This document shows positions 37,219 through 47,753 of a DNA stretch of 64,000 nt, piece after piece; the first letter of the stretch is position 1; the number at the start of each line of letters is the position of its first letter. The notes below the pieces were generated by a model. That model was not told the origin of the DNA and did no database searches. It saw only the letters and a program-made list of their open reading frames with translations. The stretch is from Clostridia bacterium (lineage in GTDB: Bacteria; Bacillota; Clostridia; UBA1381; UBA9506). Location of the stretch: contig JAFYVH010000014.1 of the NCBI GenBank assembly GCA_017549205.1, positions 27,437 to 91,436 of the forward strand, given 5' to 3'. The translations under genes and the position numbers were made by a program.

Positions 37219-38220
37219 TTACTGATTTTTCTGTGCCTGTACACAGGTGATGGCTACAACACCAACAATGTCGTCAGCTGAGCAGCCTCTTGATAAGTCA
37301 TTGATAGGCATTGCAATACCCTGGGTGATAGGACCATAAGCTTCTGCTTTTGCCAGTCTCTGCACCAGTTTATAACCAATGTTACCTGCATCAAGGTCAG
37401 GGAATACCAAAACATTTGCATGACCTGCAACAGAAGAATCGGGAGCCTTGGATTCACCGATTTCGGGCACGATGGCTGCATCTAACTGCAATTCACCATC
37501 AAGCTTAACATTGGGATATTTCTCTTTGGCAATTTTGGTTGCTTCAACAACCTTATCCACATCTGCATGCTTTGCACTACCCTTTGAAGAGTGAGAAAGC
37601 ATGGCAACATAGGCTTCTTCTTCAGCTAAAAGCTCAAAGGATTCAGCAGAGCAACCTGCAATGGCCGCCAGTCTTTCGGGGTCAGGATTTTGCTCTAAGC
37701 CGCTGTCGGCAAAAATGAAAGTGCCGTTTGCACCATATTCACAATCGGGCACAACCATAACGAAGAAAGCAGATACAAGTGCCACGCCCGGCTTGGTTTT
37801 AATAATCTGCAGGCTGGGGCGCAGGGTGTTGGCTGTTGAATGGCAAGCACCGGAAACAACACCGTCAGCATCACCGGCTTTAACCATTAAGCATGCATAA
37901 TACATGTAATCGCCTAAAGCCTGTTTTTTAGCTTCTTCATAGGTAAGACCCTTTGATTTTCTCAATTCAACAAAGAGGTTTAAATATTCCTCTGTCTTTT
38001 CATAGGTAAAGGGGTCGATAATGGTGGCTTTAGAAATGTCTAAACCTTTGGAGTTTTCAGCAACCTCTTCGGGTGTACCGATGATGATCAGGTTGGCAAT
38101 GTCCTCCTTTAAAATGGTTGCAGCAGCCTCAAAGGTTCTTCTGTCCATAGATTCGGGCAGAACAACAGTCTTTTTATCGGCCTTTGCTCTTTCTTTGATT
38201 CTGTCTAAAAATTGACTCAC
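37219..38220 (-). CDS. pta: phosphate acetyltransferase
   Basis: 333-aa PTA_PTB domain protein ([23 protein letters not shown]). GTG start preceded by AAGGAGG. Lies upstream of ackA. Confidence 0.92.
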   Translation of the reverse strand: MSQFLDRIKERAKADKKTVVLPESMDRRTFEAAATILKEDIANLIIIGTPEEVAENSKGLDISKATIIDPFTYEKTEEYLNLFVELRKSKGLTYEEAKKQALGDYMYYACLMVKAGDADGVVSGACHSTANTLRPSLQIIKTKPGVALVSAFFVMVVPDCEYGANGTFIFADSGLEQNPDPERLAAIAGCSAESFELLAEEEAYVAMLSHSSKGSAKHADVDKVVEATKIAKEKYPNVKLDGELQLDAAIVPEIGESKAPDSSVAGHANVLVFPDLDAGNIGYKLVQRLAKAEAYGPITQGIAMPINDLSRGCSADDIVGVVAITCVQAQKNQ

Positions 38221-38272
38221 AGAAATTTCCTCCTTTATTTAAATTGTTAATTTACACTATTTCCAAACATAT

Positions 38273-38301
38273 ATTATACAACAATTAAAGCCTGGTCGCA
38301 A
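38273..38301 (-). promoter_or_regulatory. sigma-A type promoter of pta-ackA
   Basis: On the - strand: TTGCGA (38301-38296), 17-nt spacer, TATAAT (38278-38273). Confidence 0.6.
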
Positions 38302-38302
38302 G

Positions 38303-38346
38303 AAAAAAAACGAGGAAACTAAATGTTTTTTGCTTTGTTTCCTCGT
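38303..38346 (-). terminator. rho-independent terminator of metG
   Basis: CGAGGAAAC / GTTTCCTCG stem (18-nt loop). The A8 on + gives a T-run on the - strand. Confidence 0.6.
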
Positions 38347-38396
38347 TTTGTTCATTTTTTATAAAAATCAAACATTTTTTAGTAAATCATAAAGTT

Positions 38397-40346
38397 TTAG
38401 CTAACGGATGCTCCATCCGGCATATCACCGTCAACGGTGAGCACTCTAAGACCGTTTTTATCAGATGCGGCTAAAATCATGCCCTCTGATAAAACGCCCC
38501 GCAGCTTCACAGGCTTTAAGTTTGTGAGCACGATAACCTTTTTGCCGACAAATTCTTCCGGTGCATAGTGCTTGGCAATGCCGGATACAATCTGGCGAAC
38601 CTCGTCGCCGATTTGAATTTGAGAAACCAAGAGTTTATCAGCGCCCTCTACCCGTTCAGACGCCAGCACCTTGCCCACTTTAAAGTCCAATTTGGCAAAA
38701 TCGTCAATGGAGATTTCGGCCTTTTTCTCGACCTCTGTCTTCTCGGCCTTTGCCTCTTTTTTAGGCTCAGATTTAGCTGCAGGCTGACCCATTGATGCCT
38801 CAATCTCGGCAAGCATCTTTTTCTCATCAAGGCGGGCAAAAAGAGGCTCGGCTGTTCCCACCGATGTGCCGGCTACGGTCTTGCCGAATGCAGCAAGAGA
38901 ATCCCAAGAGGTTTCTGTAGCACCAATCTGTTTAAAAATGCTTGCTGCCGTTTCGGGCATAAAGGGTGAAAGCAGCACGCCAAGGAAGCGAATGCTCTCA
39001 ATAAGATTATACAAAACACCGCCCAAACGCTCTTTCTGGCTTTCGTCCTTTGCTAAGGACCAGGGCATTGTTTCATCAATATATTTGTTGGAGCGTCTTG
39101 CCAGATTCATGATTTCAGCCAGAGCATCTGCTGTTTTAAAGGCATCCATCTTCTCCGCACAAAGAGAAGCTGCCTGCAGGGCCGCAGCACGAAGCTCATC
39201 ATCAAATTCGCCATCTGTCTTGGGCTGAATCACGCCGCCAAAATATTTTTGCTGCATGGCAACCGTACGGTTGACCAAATTGCCTAAAACATTGGCTAAA
39301 TCTGCATTGTAACGACTGATTATATTTTCATAAGAAATCGTGCCATCCTGGGCATAAGGCATTTCGCAAAGGAGATAATAACGAACAGCGTCCACACCAA
39401 AAAGCTTCACCAAATCATCAGCATAAATGGCGTTTCCGCGGGATTTACTGATTTTATCAGCACCGGCTAAAAGCCAGGGATGACCAAAAATCTGTTTAGG
39501 CAACGGCTCGCCCAAAGCCATGAGCATAATGGGCCAGTAAATTGTGTGGAATCTTAAAATATCCTTGCCGATGATGTGCACATCCGCCGGCCAGTATTTT
39601 TGATAGAGTTCCGGCTGCTTGTCCGGTGCATAGCCTAAAGCTGTGATGTAGTTTGAAAGTGCATCAATCCACACATAAATAACATGTCCGTCATCAAAGG
39701 TAACCGGAACGCCCCAGTCAAATGTGGTACGGGACACGCACAAATCCTGCAAGCCCGGCTTTAAGAAATTGTTAATCATTTCTTTTTTACGGCTTTCAGG
39801 CTGGATAAAATCAGGATTTTCTTCGATATATTGCATGAGCCGATCCTGATATTTGCTCATTTTAAAGAAATAAGCCTCTTCTTTTGTTTTCTTCACTTCT
39901 CTGCCGCAGTCAGGGCAGCAGCCATCAACAAGCTGTGTCTGTGTAAAAAAGGATTCGCAGGGAACACAATACCAGCCTTCATATTCACCTTTATAGATAT
40001 CGCCCTGCTCATAGAGCTTATTAAAAATTTTCTGAACAGCATCAACATGATAGTCATCTGTTGTTCTGATAAAGTGGTCGTAGCTTGCATTCATCAAATT
40101 CCAAATGTCTTTGATTTCACCAGCCACTCCATCAACATATTGCTGGGGTGTGATGCCGGCTTCTTTTGCCGCCTCACCAATTTTCTGACCGTGTTCATCT
40201 GTACCGGTCAGGAAAAATACATCATAGCCCCGTTGCCGTTTATAGCGGGCGATGGCATCAGTCAACACAACCTCATAGGTATTACCGATGTGAGGCTTAC
40301 GCGATGTATAGGCAATGGCCGTTGTGATATAATATTTTTCCTTCAT
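38397..40346 (-). CDS. metG: methionine--tRNA ligase with C-terminal tRNA-binding (EMAP-like) domain
   Basis: AYTSRKPHIGNTYE (HIGH), KISKSRGN (KMSKS), zinc knuckles CVPCESF..CPDCG, and a C-terminal OB-fold region. GGAGG RBS before MKEKYYIT. Confidence 0.95.
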   Translation of the reverse strand: MKEKYYITTAIAYTSRKPHIGNTYEVVLTDAIARYKRQRGYDVFFLTGTDEHGQKIGEAAKEAGITPQQYVDGVAGEIKDIWNLMNASYDHFIRTTDDYHVDAVQKIFNKLYEQGDIYKGEYEGWYCVPCESFFTQTQLVDGCCPDCGREVKKTKEEAYFFKMSKYQDRLMQYIEENPDFIQPESRKKEMINNFLKPGLQDLCVSRTTFDWGVPVTFDDGHVIYVWIDALSNYITALGYAPDKQPELYQKYWPADVHIIGKDILRFHTIYWPIMLMALGEPLPKQIFGHPWLLAGADKISKSRGNAIYADDLVKLFGVDAVRYYLLCEMPYAQDGTISYENIISRYNADLANVLGNLVNRTVAMQQKYFGGVIQPKTDGEFDDELRAAALQAASLCAEKMDAFKTADALAEIMNLARRSNKYIDETMPWSLAKDESQKERLGGVLYNLIESIRFLGVLLSPFMPETAASIFKQIGATETSWDSLAAFGKTVAGTSVGTAEPLFARLDEKKMLAEIEASMGQPAAKSEPKKEAKAEKTEVEKKAEISIDDFAKLDFKVGKVLASERVEGADKLLVSQIQIGDEVRQIVSGIAKHYAPEEFVGKKVIVLTNLKPVKLRGVLSEGMILAASDKNGLRVLTVDGDMPDGASVS

Positions 40347-40464
40347 GGTCTTCCTCCTGCTTGTCGTTGTAATATCCACAGTCTGCCATAATATACAGGC
40401 AAACAAACATGCATATAATCATTTTACCACATTTTTTTAAGAAATAAAAGGTTTTTTTGCCTTC

Positions 40465-40713
40465 TTATGTAATTTTTTCTGTCATCTGCATTTCAACCAA
40501 AATTACATCTTCACCAATTTGTTTAATTTTATCCCAGGGAATCACCAAATCCTTTCCCGACCCAAAGTTAAACAGCCTCGCCCTTCCGGGAACAACAATG
40601 GCTTCAATGGCGCCACTCTCCAGCCTGACCTCAACATCTGCCACAAAACCTAAACGAGAAGCATCGGTCATGTTAATCACTTCTTTTTGACGCAATTCTC
40701 CGGCACGATACAT
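40465..40713 (-). CDS. ylmC: YlmC/YmxH-family sporulation protein (PRC-barrel)
   Basis: 82 aa. The ELRQKEVINMTDASRLGFVADVEV...G.IEAIVVPG pattern is typical of the family. Confidence 0.85.
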   Translation of the reverse strand: MYRAGELRQKEVINMTDASRLGFVADVEVRLESGAIEAIVVPGRARLFNFGSGKDLVIPWDKIKQIGEDVILVEMQMTEKIT

Positions 40714-40789
40714 GCTGTTTCCTCCTTTTTCTTTACTTTTATTGTATTATATGGTAAAATGTAGACATCTATGAATGAGAGGTGACTGT

Positions 40790-41440
40790 ATGTTAGAAGC
40801 ATTAAAGCAAGACCTGGCAAAAGCCATAGAATGTTTAAAACAGGAAAATATTCGTCTTTTAGGCAAAGGAAGTATGACCCTGTTTGACCGTTCTAACAAT
40901 CTTATTCTGACAGAGCCTGCCACATCCGACTCAAACTGTGATGCTGACAGCATTTTAATAACCGACACAAACGGCAGCATTGTAGAGGGCACCGGCAATC
41001 TCATCCCCAGTCTGCCTGCCCATTTGGAATTATACCGCTCATTTTCGACCATTGGTGCCATTGTACACAGCCACGGCCTTTACACAACAGCCTGGGCACA
41101 AAGCGGACGCGACATTCCCGTTTACGGAACAAATCATTTAGAGTTTTTTAAAGAGGCAATTCCCTGTACCCATGCCGTTACCTTAGAAAATGCCGAAGAG
41201 AGCTATGGCTCTGCAGCCGGTCGCTGCATGGTTGAAATTTTTCAGAAAAAAGCTTTAAATCCTGAATCAGTTCCCGCTGTTCTCTTGTTTCAGCATGGTG
41301 CTTATGTTTGGGGGCACAATGTGGATGAAGCAATCCATCATGCTGTCGCATTGGAAAAAATTGCGCATCTTGCTTTTTTAACTGAAAAAATTAACGCCGA
41401 TATCACCGACCGTGCCGGCAACATCACACCTCGTTATTAA
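40790..41440 (+). CDS. class II aldolase/adducin-family protein, L-ribulose-5-phosphate 4-epimerase (AraD)-like
   Basis: Collinear by eye with AraD (IGAIVHSHG, WAQSGRDIP..GT.H..FF...IPCT, LLFQHGAYVWG). GAGAGGTG RBS before MLEALK. Confidence 0.7.
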   Translation: MLEALKQDLAKAIECLKQENIRLLGKGSMTLFDRSNNLILTEPATSDSNCDADSILITDTNGSIVEGTGNLIPSLPAHLELYRSFSTIGAIVHSHGLYTTAWAQSGRDIPVYGTNHLEFFKEAIPCTHAVTLENAEESYGSAAGRCMVEIFQKKALNPESVPAVLLFQHGAYVWGHNVDEAIHHAVALEKIAHLAFLTEKINADITDRAGNITPRY

Positions 41441-41518
41441 AAATTTTAAAAAAACAGAATAAACAGACAAGTTTCGGTCATACTACTAAATGACATAACA
41501 AATAAAGGAGTGTTGACC

Positions 41519-41734
41519 GTGACAACCATTGATAATATATCCCTTGTGCTGGTAATTATCGGTGCATTAAACTGGGGTAGCATCGGCCTTTTTGGCTTTG
41601 ATTTTGTAGCAGCTCTTTTAGGCGGACAAATGTCTGTTTTGAGCCGCATCATTTTCACCCTGGTAGGCATTGCAGGTCTTTGGAGCATTACGCTTTTATT
41701 TAAAGAAAAGGTGCCTGCATCCCACGACAGATAA
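41519..41734 (+). CDS. DUF378-family small membrane protein
   Basis: The IIGALNWGSIGLFGFDFVAALLGG motif is characteristic of DUF378. GTG at 41519 lies 8 nt after AAGGAG. Confidence 0.8.
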   Translation: MTTIDNISLVLVIIGALNWGSIGLFGFDFVAALLGGQMSVLSRIIFTLVGIAGLWSITLLFKEKVPASHDR

Positions 41735-41795
41735 AACCGACCTGACAAAACAGAGTCGTACCGTTTGGCAAGTTCCAAACCATACGACTCTGTTT

Positions 41796-42071
41796 TTATA
41801 TACCAATATAGCGAAGAATAAATTTTAAAAAAAGCAGCAGAACAAATCCGGGCAGGCCAAGCAATCCACAAAAAGACGCCGTCACTATGTTAATGCCAAT
41901 GGCAAAACCTGTTTGTGCTGCAATCAGATTAAATATGTAAAGGCACGCGCCACCCAGTGCAGAGGAAAAGAGCATAACAAAAATACATTTTAACGGTCTG
42001 TAAAAAATCCGGCAAAGTAAAAGAATCAGCAAGGCCGACACAATGTAAGCCGCAATGGCTAAACCGCTCAT
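41796..42071 (-). CDS. bofA: pro-sigma-K processing inhibitor BofA
   Basis: 91 aa with two TM segments and the GIN.VTA...G.LG.PG pattern. 4-nt overlap with the upstream yaaL, as in Bacillus yaaL-bofA. Confidence 0.8.
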   Translation of the reverse strand: MSGLAIAAYIVSALLILLLCRIFYRPLKCIFVMLFSSALGGACLYIFNLIAAQTGFAIGINIVTASFCGLLGLPGFVLLLFLKFILRYIGI

Positions 42072-42400
42072 AACACCTTTTCTCCCCTTCCTCTGTCAGT
42101 CAGTGTGCCGGTCATATAGACAGGGTGTGATAAACCTTCTTTTTTAGCCAGCTTTAAAAAATAATTCAACCGCATTTCTGCAGCTTTAAGGTCATAGATA
42201 CAATATTCAAGCAGCGACGGGTCTTTTGCATAATCATAATTGGCCTGAGCCGCACAAAGCTCTCTTCTTGCCTGCTCAATGCTGCTGAAAAGTTCTGCCG
42301 TTTTTTCTTGCTCTTCTACTGCCAAACGGTTTTTCTCAGAAACCTGCTGTATCCACTCCATCATTTTAGTTCCCGCTTTTGTCACAGATGCAAGTGTCAT
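42068..42400 (-). CDS. yaaL: YaaL-family protein (DUF2508)
   Basis: The A...F......P.L.......L.AAE.R.NYFLKLAKKEG pattern, and synteny with bofA. AAGGAGG RBS before ATG 42400. Confidence 0.65.
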   Translation of the reverse strand: MTLASVTKAGTKMMEWIQQVSEKNRLAVEEQEKTAELFSSIEQARRELCAAQANYDYAKDPSLLEYCIYDLKAAEMRLNYFLKLAKKEGLSHPVYMTGTLTDRGRGEKVL

Positions 42401-42604
42401 AAAGATTGTCCTCCTTTGTCATGTTTCACTATCATTATAAGCACTTCATTTCATTTTTATGCCAATTAAGGATAAATTATTATCAGCGCACGAAAACCCC
42501 TCTGTGACATTCTTTATTTTGGTCAAAAAAAGAACAATATCTTGCATAAAATCAAAGAAATCTCTTGATTTTAACATTAAAATTTGATATACTATTAAAA
42601 ATAG

Positions 42605-44086
<1,482 letters not shown>

Positions 44087-44142
44087 AATGAATAAGAAAA
44101 GGGGAGATTTCTCCCCTTTCTTTTAATGAAAGGCAGAAAGAG

Positions 44143-46119
44143 ATGGCTAAACAAGAATATGGTAACGAGAGTATATCCTCGTTAAAAGGCGCGGACCGAG
44201 TAAGACTTCGTCCCGCTGTTATTTTTGGTTCAGACGGTATTGAAGGCTGTCAGCATTCCTTTTTTGAAATTCTTTCAAACTCCATCGACGAGGCAAGAGA
44301 GGGTTACGGAAAAGAAATTGAGGTCACAAGATATCTTGATAAATCCATTGAAGTAAAAGACTATGGTCGTGGTATTCCCCTTGATTATAACGAAAAGGAA
44401 GAGCGTTATAACTGGGAGCTTGTTTTTTGCGAGCTTTATGCCGGCGGCAAATATAAAAATAACTCCGGTGAAAACTATGAATTCAGTTTAGGTCTTAATG
44501 GTTTAGGTTCTTGTGCCACCCAGTACAGCTCCTCTTACATGGATGTAACAGTTTGCCGTGACGGCAAAAAATATACCATTCATTTTGAAAAGGGTGAACC
44601 TGTGGGCGAGCTGCAGGTCGAGGCTTTTCGTCATCGTCACACAGGAACGGACATTAAATGGCGTCCCGACCTTGATGTTTTCACCGATATCAACATTCCT
44701 CTTGAATTCTATCGTGACACATTGAAGCGGCAGGCGGTTGCCAATGCCGGTCTTAAGTTCATTCTCTACAACCAAACCACCGAGGGTTGGGAGATGGAAG
44801 AATTCTGTTATGAAAACGGCATCGTGGACTATGTGAGAGAAATCAGCGCCGAAAAAGAGCTGACACCGGTTCACACCTTTGAAGCAGAGCGTCGGGGACG
44901 CGACCGCGATGACAAGCCGGAATATAAGGTGAAAATGCAATTTGCCTTTTGCTTTAATAATGAAATTAACATGCTGGAATATTATCATAACTCCAGTTTT
45001 TTAGAGCATGGCGGTGCACCTGACAAAGCTGTGCGCAATGCCTTTGTTTACGAAATTGACCAATATTTAAAGAATAACGGAAAGTATAACAAAACCGAGG
45101 CAAAAATTAATTTTCAGGATGTAGCCGATAGCTTGATTTTGGTTTCTAACTCTTTCTCCACCATGACAAGCTATGAAAACCAGACAAAAAAATCCATTAC
45201 CAATAAATTTATTCAAGATGCTATGACCGAGCTTCTCCGTCAACAGCTTGAGGTTTATTTCATTGAAAACAAGGCCATGGCTGAAAAGATTGCCAATCAG
45301 ATTTTGGTAAACAAGCGCAGCCGTGAAACCGCAGAGCGTGCCAGAATCAATGTTAAGAAAAAGTTAACCGGCACAATCGACATCACAAACCGCATTAATA
45401 AGTTTGTTGATTGCCGCACAAAAGACACCGACATCCGCGAAATTTACATCGTGGAAGGCGATTCGGCGCTGGGCTCTTGTAAACTGAGTCGAAACGCTGA
45501 ATTTCAAGCCATTATGCCGGTACGCGGTAAAATTTTGAACTGTTTAAAAGCTGGCTATGACAAAATTTTTAAAAGCGAAATCATCACTGACCTTGTTAAA
45601 GTTTTAGGTTGCGGTGTTGAAATTGCTCATTCTAAATCAAAGGATTTAAATTCCTTTAATCTTGACATGTTGCGTTGGAACAAGGTTATTATTTGTACCG
45701 ATGCTGATGTGGACGGTTTTCAGATCAGAACCCTCATTTTAACGATGATTTATGTTTTAATGCCCACGCTGATTGAGGCCGGCAAGGTGTTTATTGCCGA
45801 AACGCCTCTCTTTGAAATCACCTGCGGCAAAGATACTTTCTTTGCCTACAACGAACGGGAAAAACAGGAGATTTTAGCCAAGCTTGATGGCAAAAAGTAT
45901 AGCATCCAGCGCTCAAAAGGTTTGGGCGAAAATGACCCCGAAATGATGTCTCTCACCACCATGAATCCTGAAACCCGCCGTTTGATTAAGGTAACGGCCG
46001 AGGATGCACAAAAAACCATGGAAACCTTTGAACTGCTTTTGGGCGACAATCTGCAAGGCCGAAAGGATTTCATTGCAGATTGTGGTCACTTATATCTGGA
46101 TATGACCGATGTAAGCTAA
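44143..46119 (+). CDS. parE: type IIA DNA topoisomerase subunit B (ParE/GyrB family, clostridial divergent type)
   Basis: GHKL ATPase motifs (EILSNSIDEA, DYGRGIP, LGLNGLGS), Toprim EIYIVEGDSALGS, and ICTDADVDGFQIR. Confidence 0.8.
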   Translation: MAKQEYGNESISSLKGADRVRLRPAVIFGSDGIEGCQHSFFEILSNSIDEAREGYGKEIEVTRYLDKSIEVKDYGRGIPLDYNEKEERYNWELVFCELYAGGKYKNNSGENYEFSLGLNGLGSCATQYSSSYMDVTVCRDGKKYTIHFEKGEPVGELQVEAFRHRHTGTDIKWRPDLDVFTDINIPLEFYRDTLKRQAVANAGLKFILYNQTTEGWEMEEFCYENGIVDYVREISAEKELTPVHTFEAERRGRDRDDKPEYKVKMQFAFCFNNEINMLEYYHNSSFLEHGGAPDKAVRNAFVYEIDQYLKNNGKYNKTEAKINFQDVADSLILVSNSFSTMTSYENQTKKSITNKFIQDAMTELLRQQLEVYFIENKAMAEKIANQILVNKRSRETAERARINVKKKLTGTIDITNRINKFVDCRTKDTDIREIYIVEGDSALGSCKLSRNAEFQAIMPVRGKILNCLKAGYDKIFKSEIITDLVKVLGCGVEIAHSKSKDLNSFNLDMLRWNKVIICTDADVDGFQIRTLILTMIYVLMPTLIEAGKVFIAETPLFEITCGKDTFFAYNEREKQEILAKLDGKKYSIQRSKGLGENDPEMMSLTTMNPETRRLIKVTAEDAQKTMETFELLLGDNLQGRKDFIADCGHLYLDMTDVS

Positions 46120-46134
46120 ATAATTTCACAAAAT

Positions 46135-46170
46135 AAAAGGGTTACGGCATTTGCCGTAACCCTTTTATTT
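46135..46170. terminator. bidirectional rho-independent terminator (parE / MBL gene)
   Basis: AAAAGGGTTACGGCA / TGCCGTAACCCTTTT perfect stem with flanking A-runs and T-runs, between convergent genes. Confidence 0.88.
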
Positions 46171-46184
46171 CGTCTTACTTAGTC

Positions 46185-46835
46185 CTATAATATTTCCACA
46201 AAACCGACCTCATTTTCTAAAATGCGGGGGTCGTGGAACAAGAGGGGTTTATATTTGTTATCGCTATATACATTAATAAATCCAAGACTTTTTTCTTCAT
46301 CACAAGATGAGCCTGTTAGAATATGGTCTGAGAGGCACTCTTTATAATAACACTCGTCACCACAAAGCACATAGTCCCCTGCCAAAACAATGGAAGAGCC
46401 GGCAGAATGACCGCCGATTTTGCGCATGGTCACCCCATCTGCCACCACATATTCATCCTCAACCAAATGAACCTTGCGACCTTCAGAGAGGAACCGCGCT
46501 GTTTTCTCATATTCCTCTTTTTGAACATGGATCTCTGCGTTGCGGTAATAACCAATGGCTTCAACATGGTCATGATGACCATGGGTGACAACAACATCAG
46601 TTATATCATCGGGCGAAAGTCCGTATTCTGCCAAAACCTCAACCGGCTTTTTAAACACCGACATGACAAAGCCTGCTCCATCGTCACAGCCTGCATCCAC
46701 TAAAATGTTTTTATTCTCTGTCTGGATGAGGTAAATAACAAAAGAGATGGGCAACATCCGTTCCTGACTGCCACCTTTAAAAATGCGGTGTTCTCCAAAT
46801 ATAGATTCTCCATATTTTAAAGCAATGATTTTCAT
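46185..46835 (-). CDS. MBL-fold metallo-hydrolase (AHL-lactonase-like subgroup)
   Basis: Metal motif VVTHGHHDHV, with later GGHSAGS and HD. 216 aa. Confidence 0.8.
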   Translation of the reverse strand: MKIIALKYGESIFGEHRIFKGGSQERMLPISFVIYLIQTENKNILVDAGCDDGAGFVMSVFKKPVEVLAEYGLSPDDITDVVVTHGHHDHVEAIGYYRNAEIHVQKEEYEKTARFLSEGRKVHLVEDEYVVADGVTMRKIGGHSAGSSIVLAGDYVLCGDECYYKECLSDHILTGSSCDEEKSLGFINVYSDNKYKPLLFHDPRILENEVGFVEIL

Positions 46836-46894
46836 ATGACTTCTAACACTACCCTTTCCCGATATAAAACCTTGTTGTGCTTTTTAAAACACAA

Positions 46895-47683
46895 TCAATC
46901 CTTGCGGTTTTCGTTGATGATGCCTTCAAAACGCTTAGCAGCATCGGCTGCTCTTTTATAAAATTCATCCGGTGTCATTTTCTGATATTCTTCTGAATAA
47001 GCCGTAACAAGCTCTAACATAACCGGTGCCTGATAGTTAGCTTCTCCCAGCTCTTTTGCCTTTTGAACCATATCAATCTTACCGTCAAAAGGAATCATGT
47101 GGTCATCGCCTTCATAAACACACATGTTGTCGTGCAAATGAATCATGGTCAGCTTGTCAGCAAAATAAGGCAAGAAATGCATACCCGGGGTGTAGCAATA
47201 TTCATGTCCCACATCCCAGCAGAAGCCAACTTCTTCTCTGTTTTCAAGCATAATCGCCAAATTGCCGATGCAACGGGAATTTTCAAAAGCAACCTTAATG
47301 CCTTTTTCTTTAGCAAAGGCTAAAAAGCGGTCATATCTTGCCATGCCCTCATCGTTAACCGGCGGATACTGTCTGCCAACAGATAAATGAGCTACAAAAA
47401 TCGGAATGTTATATTTTGCGCACAAGGAAACACCATAGCACATGTTTTCGTACATTTTTTCAGCCTCTTCACCAGTTCCCCACATATCATTAAGGTCGAT
47501 TAAGGGGCCATGCAGATAGGCAAATTTAAAGCCCATCTCCAGTACTTTTTCAATCTTTTTCTCAACATCCGGTTTTTCTGTCACTTCGGATGTGTAGTCA
47601 AAGCCATATTTCTTCATCAGTTCAACTTGTTCTTCCACGGATAGCGGTGCTACTCTGTAGCAATCAAGATTAATGCCTATCAT
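46895..47683 (-). CDS. xylose-isomerase-like TIM-barrel protein (sugar phosphate isomerase/epimerase family)
   Basis: 262 aa. The FENS...GN, WDVGHE and HLHDN metal-ligand pattern matches the AP-endonuclease-2 / sugar isomerase TIM-barrel family. Confidence 0.7.
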   Translation of the reverse strand: MIGINLDCYRVAPLSVEEQVELMKKYGFDYTSEVTEKPDVEKKIEKVLEMGFKFAYLHGPLIDLNDMWGTGEEAEKMYENMCYGVSLCAKYNIPIFVAHLSVGRQYPPVNDEGMARYDRFLAFAKEKGIKVAFENSRCIGNLAIMLENREEVGFCWDVGHEYCYTPGMHFLPYFADKLTMIHLHDNMCVYEGDDHMIPFDGKIDMVQKAKELGEANYQAPVMLELVTAYSEEYQKMTPDEFYKRAADAAKRFEGIINENRKD

Positions 47684-47753
47684 AATCTTGACCTCCTTAT
47701 ATTATTTTTTGCTTTTGCTTCGCTTACAAAAACATGAATTACATTGTGGTTTA

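Noticed and set aside
39831-40391. 186-aa + strand ORF.
   Set aside because: It is antisense to the catalytic core of metG. It is a shadow ORF.
40347-40464. Checked for a T-box leader upstream of metG.
   Set aside because: The intergenic region is only about 118 nt, and it also has to hold the ylmC 3' end and a promoter. There is no specifier-loop or T-box sequence.
41446-41871. 141-aa - strand ORF.
   Set aside because: It is antisense to the DUF378 gene and overlaps the bofA 3' end. It has no RBS and an odd composition.
44503-44988. 161-aa - strand ORF.
   Set aside because: It is antisense to the topoisomerase B-subunit gene.
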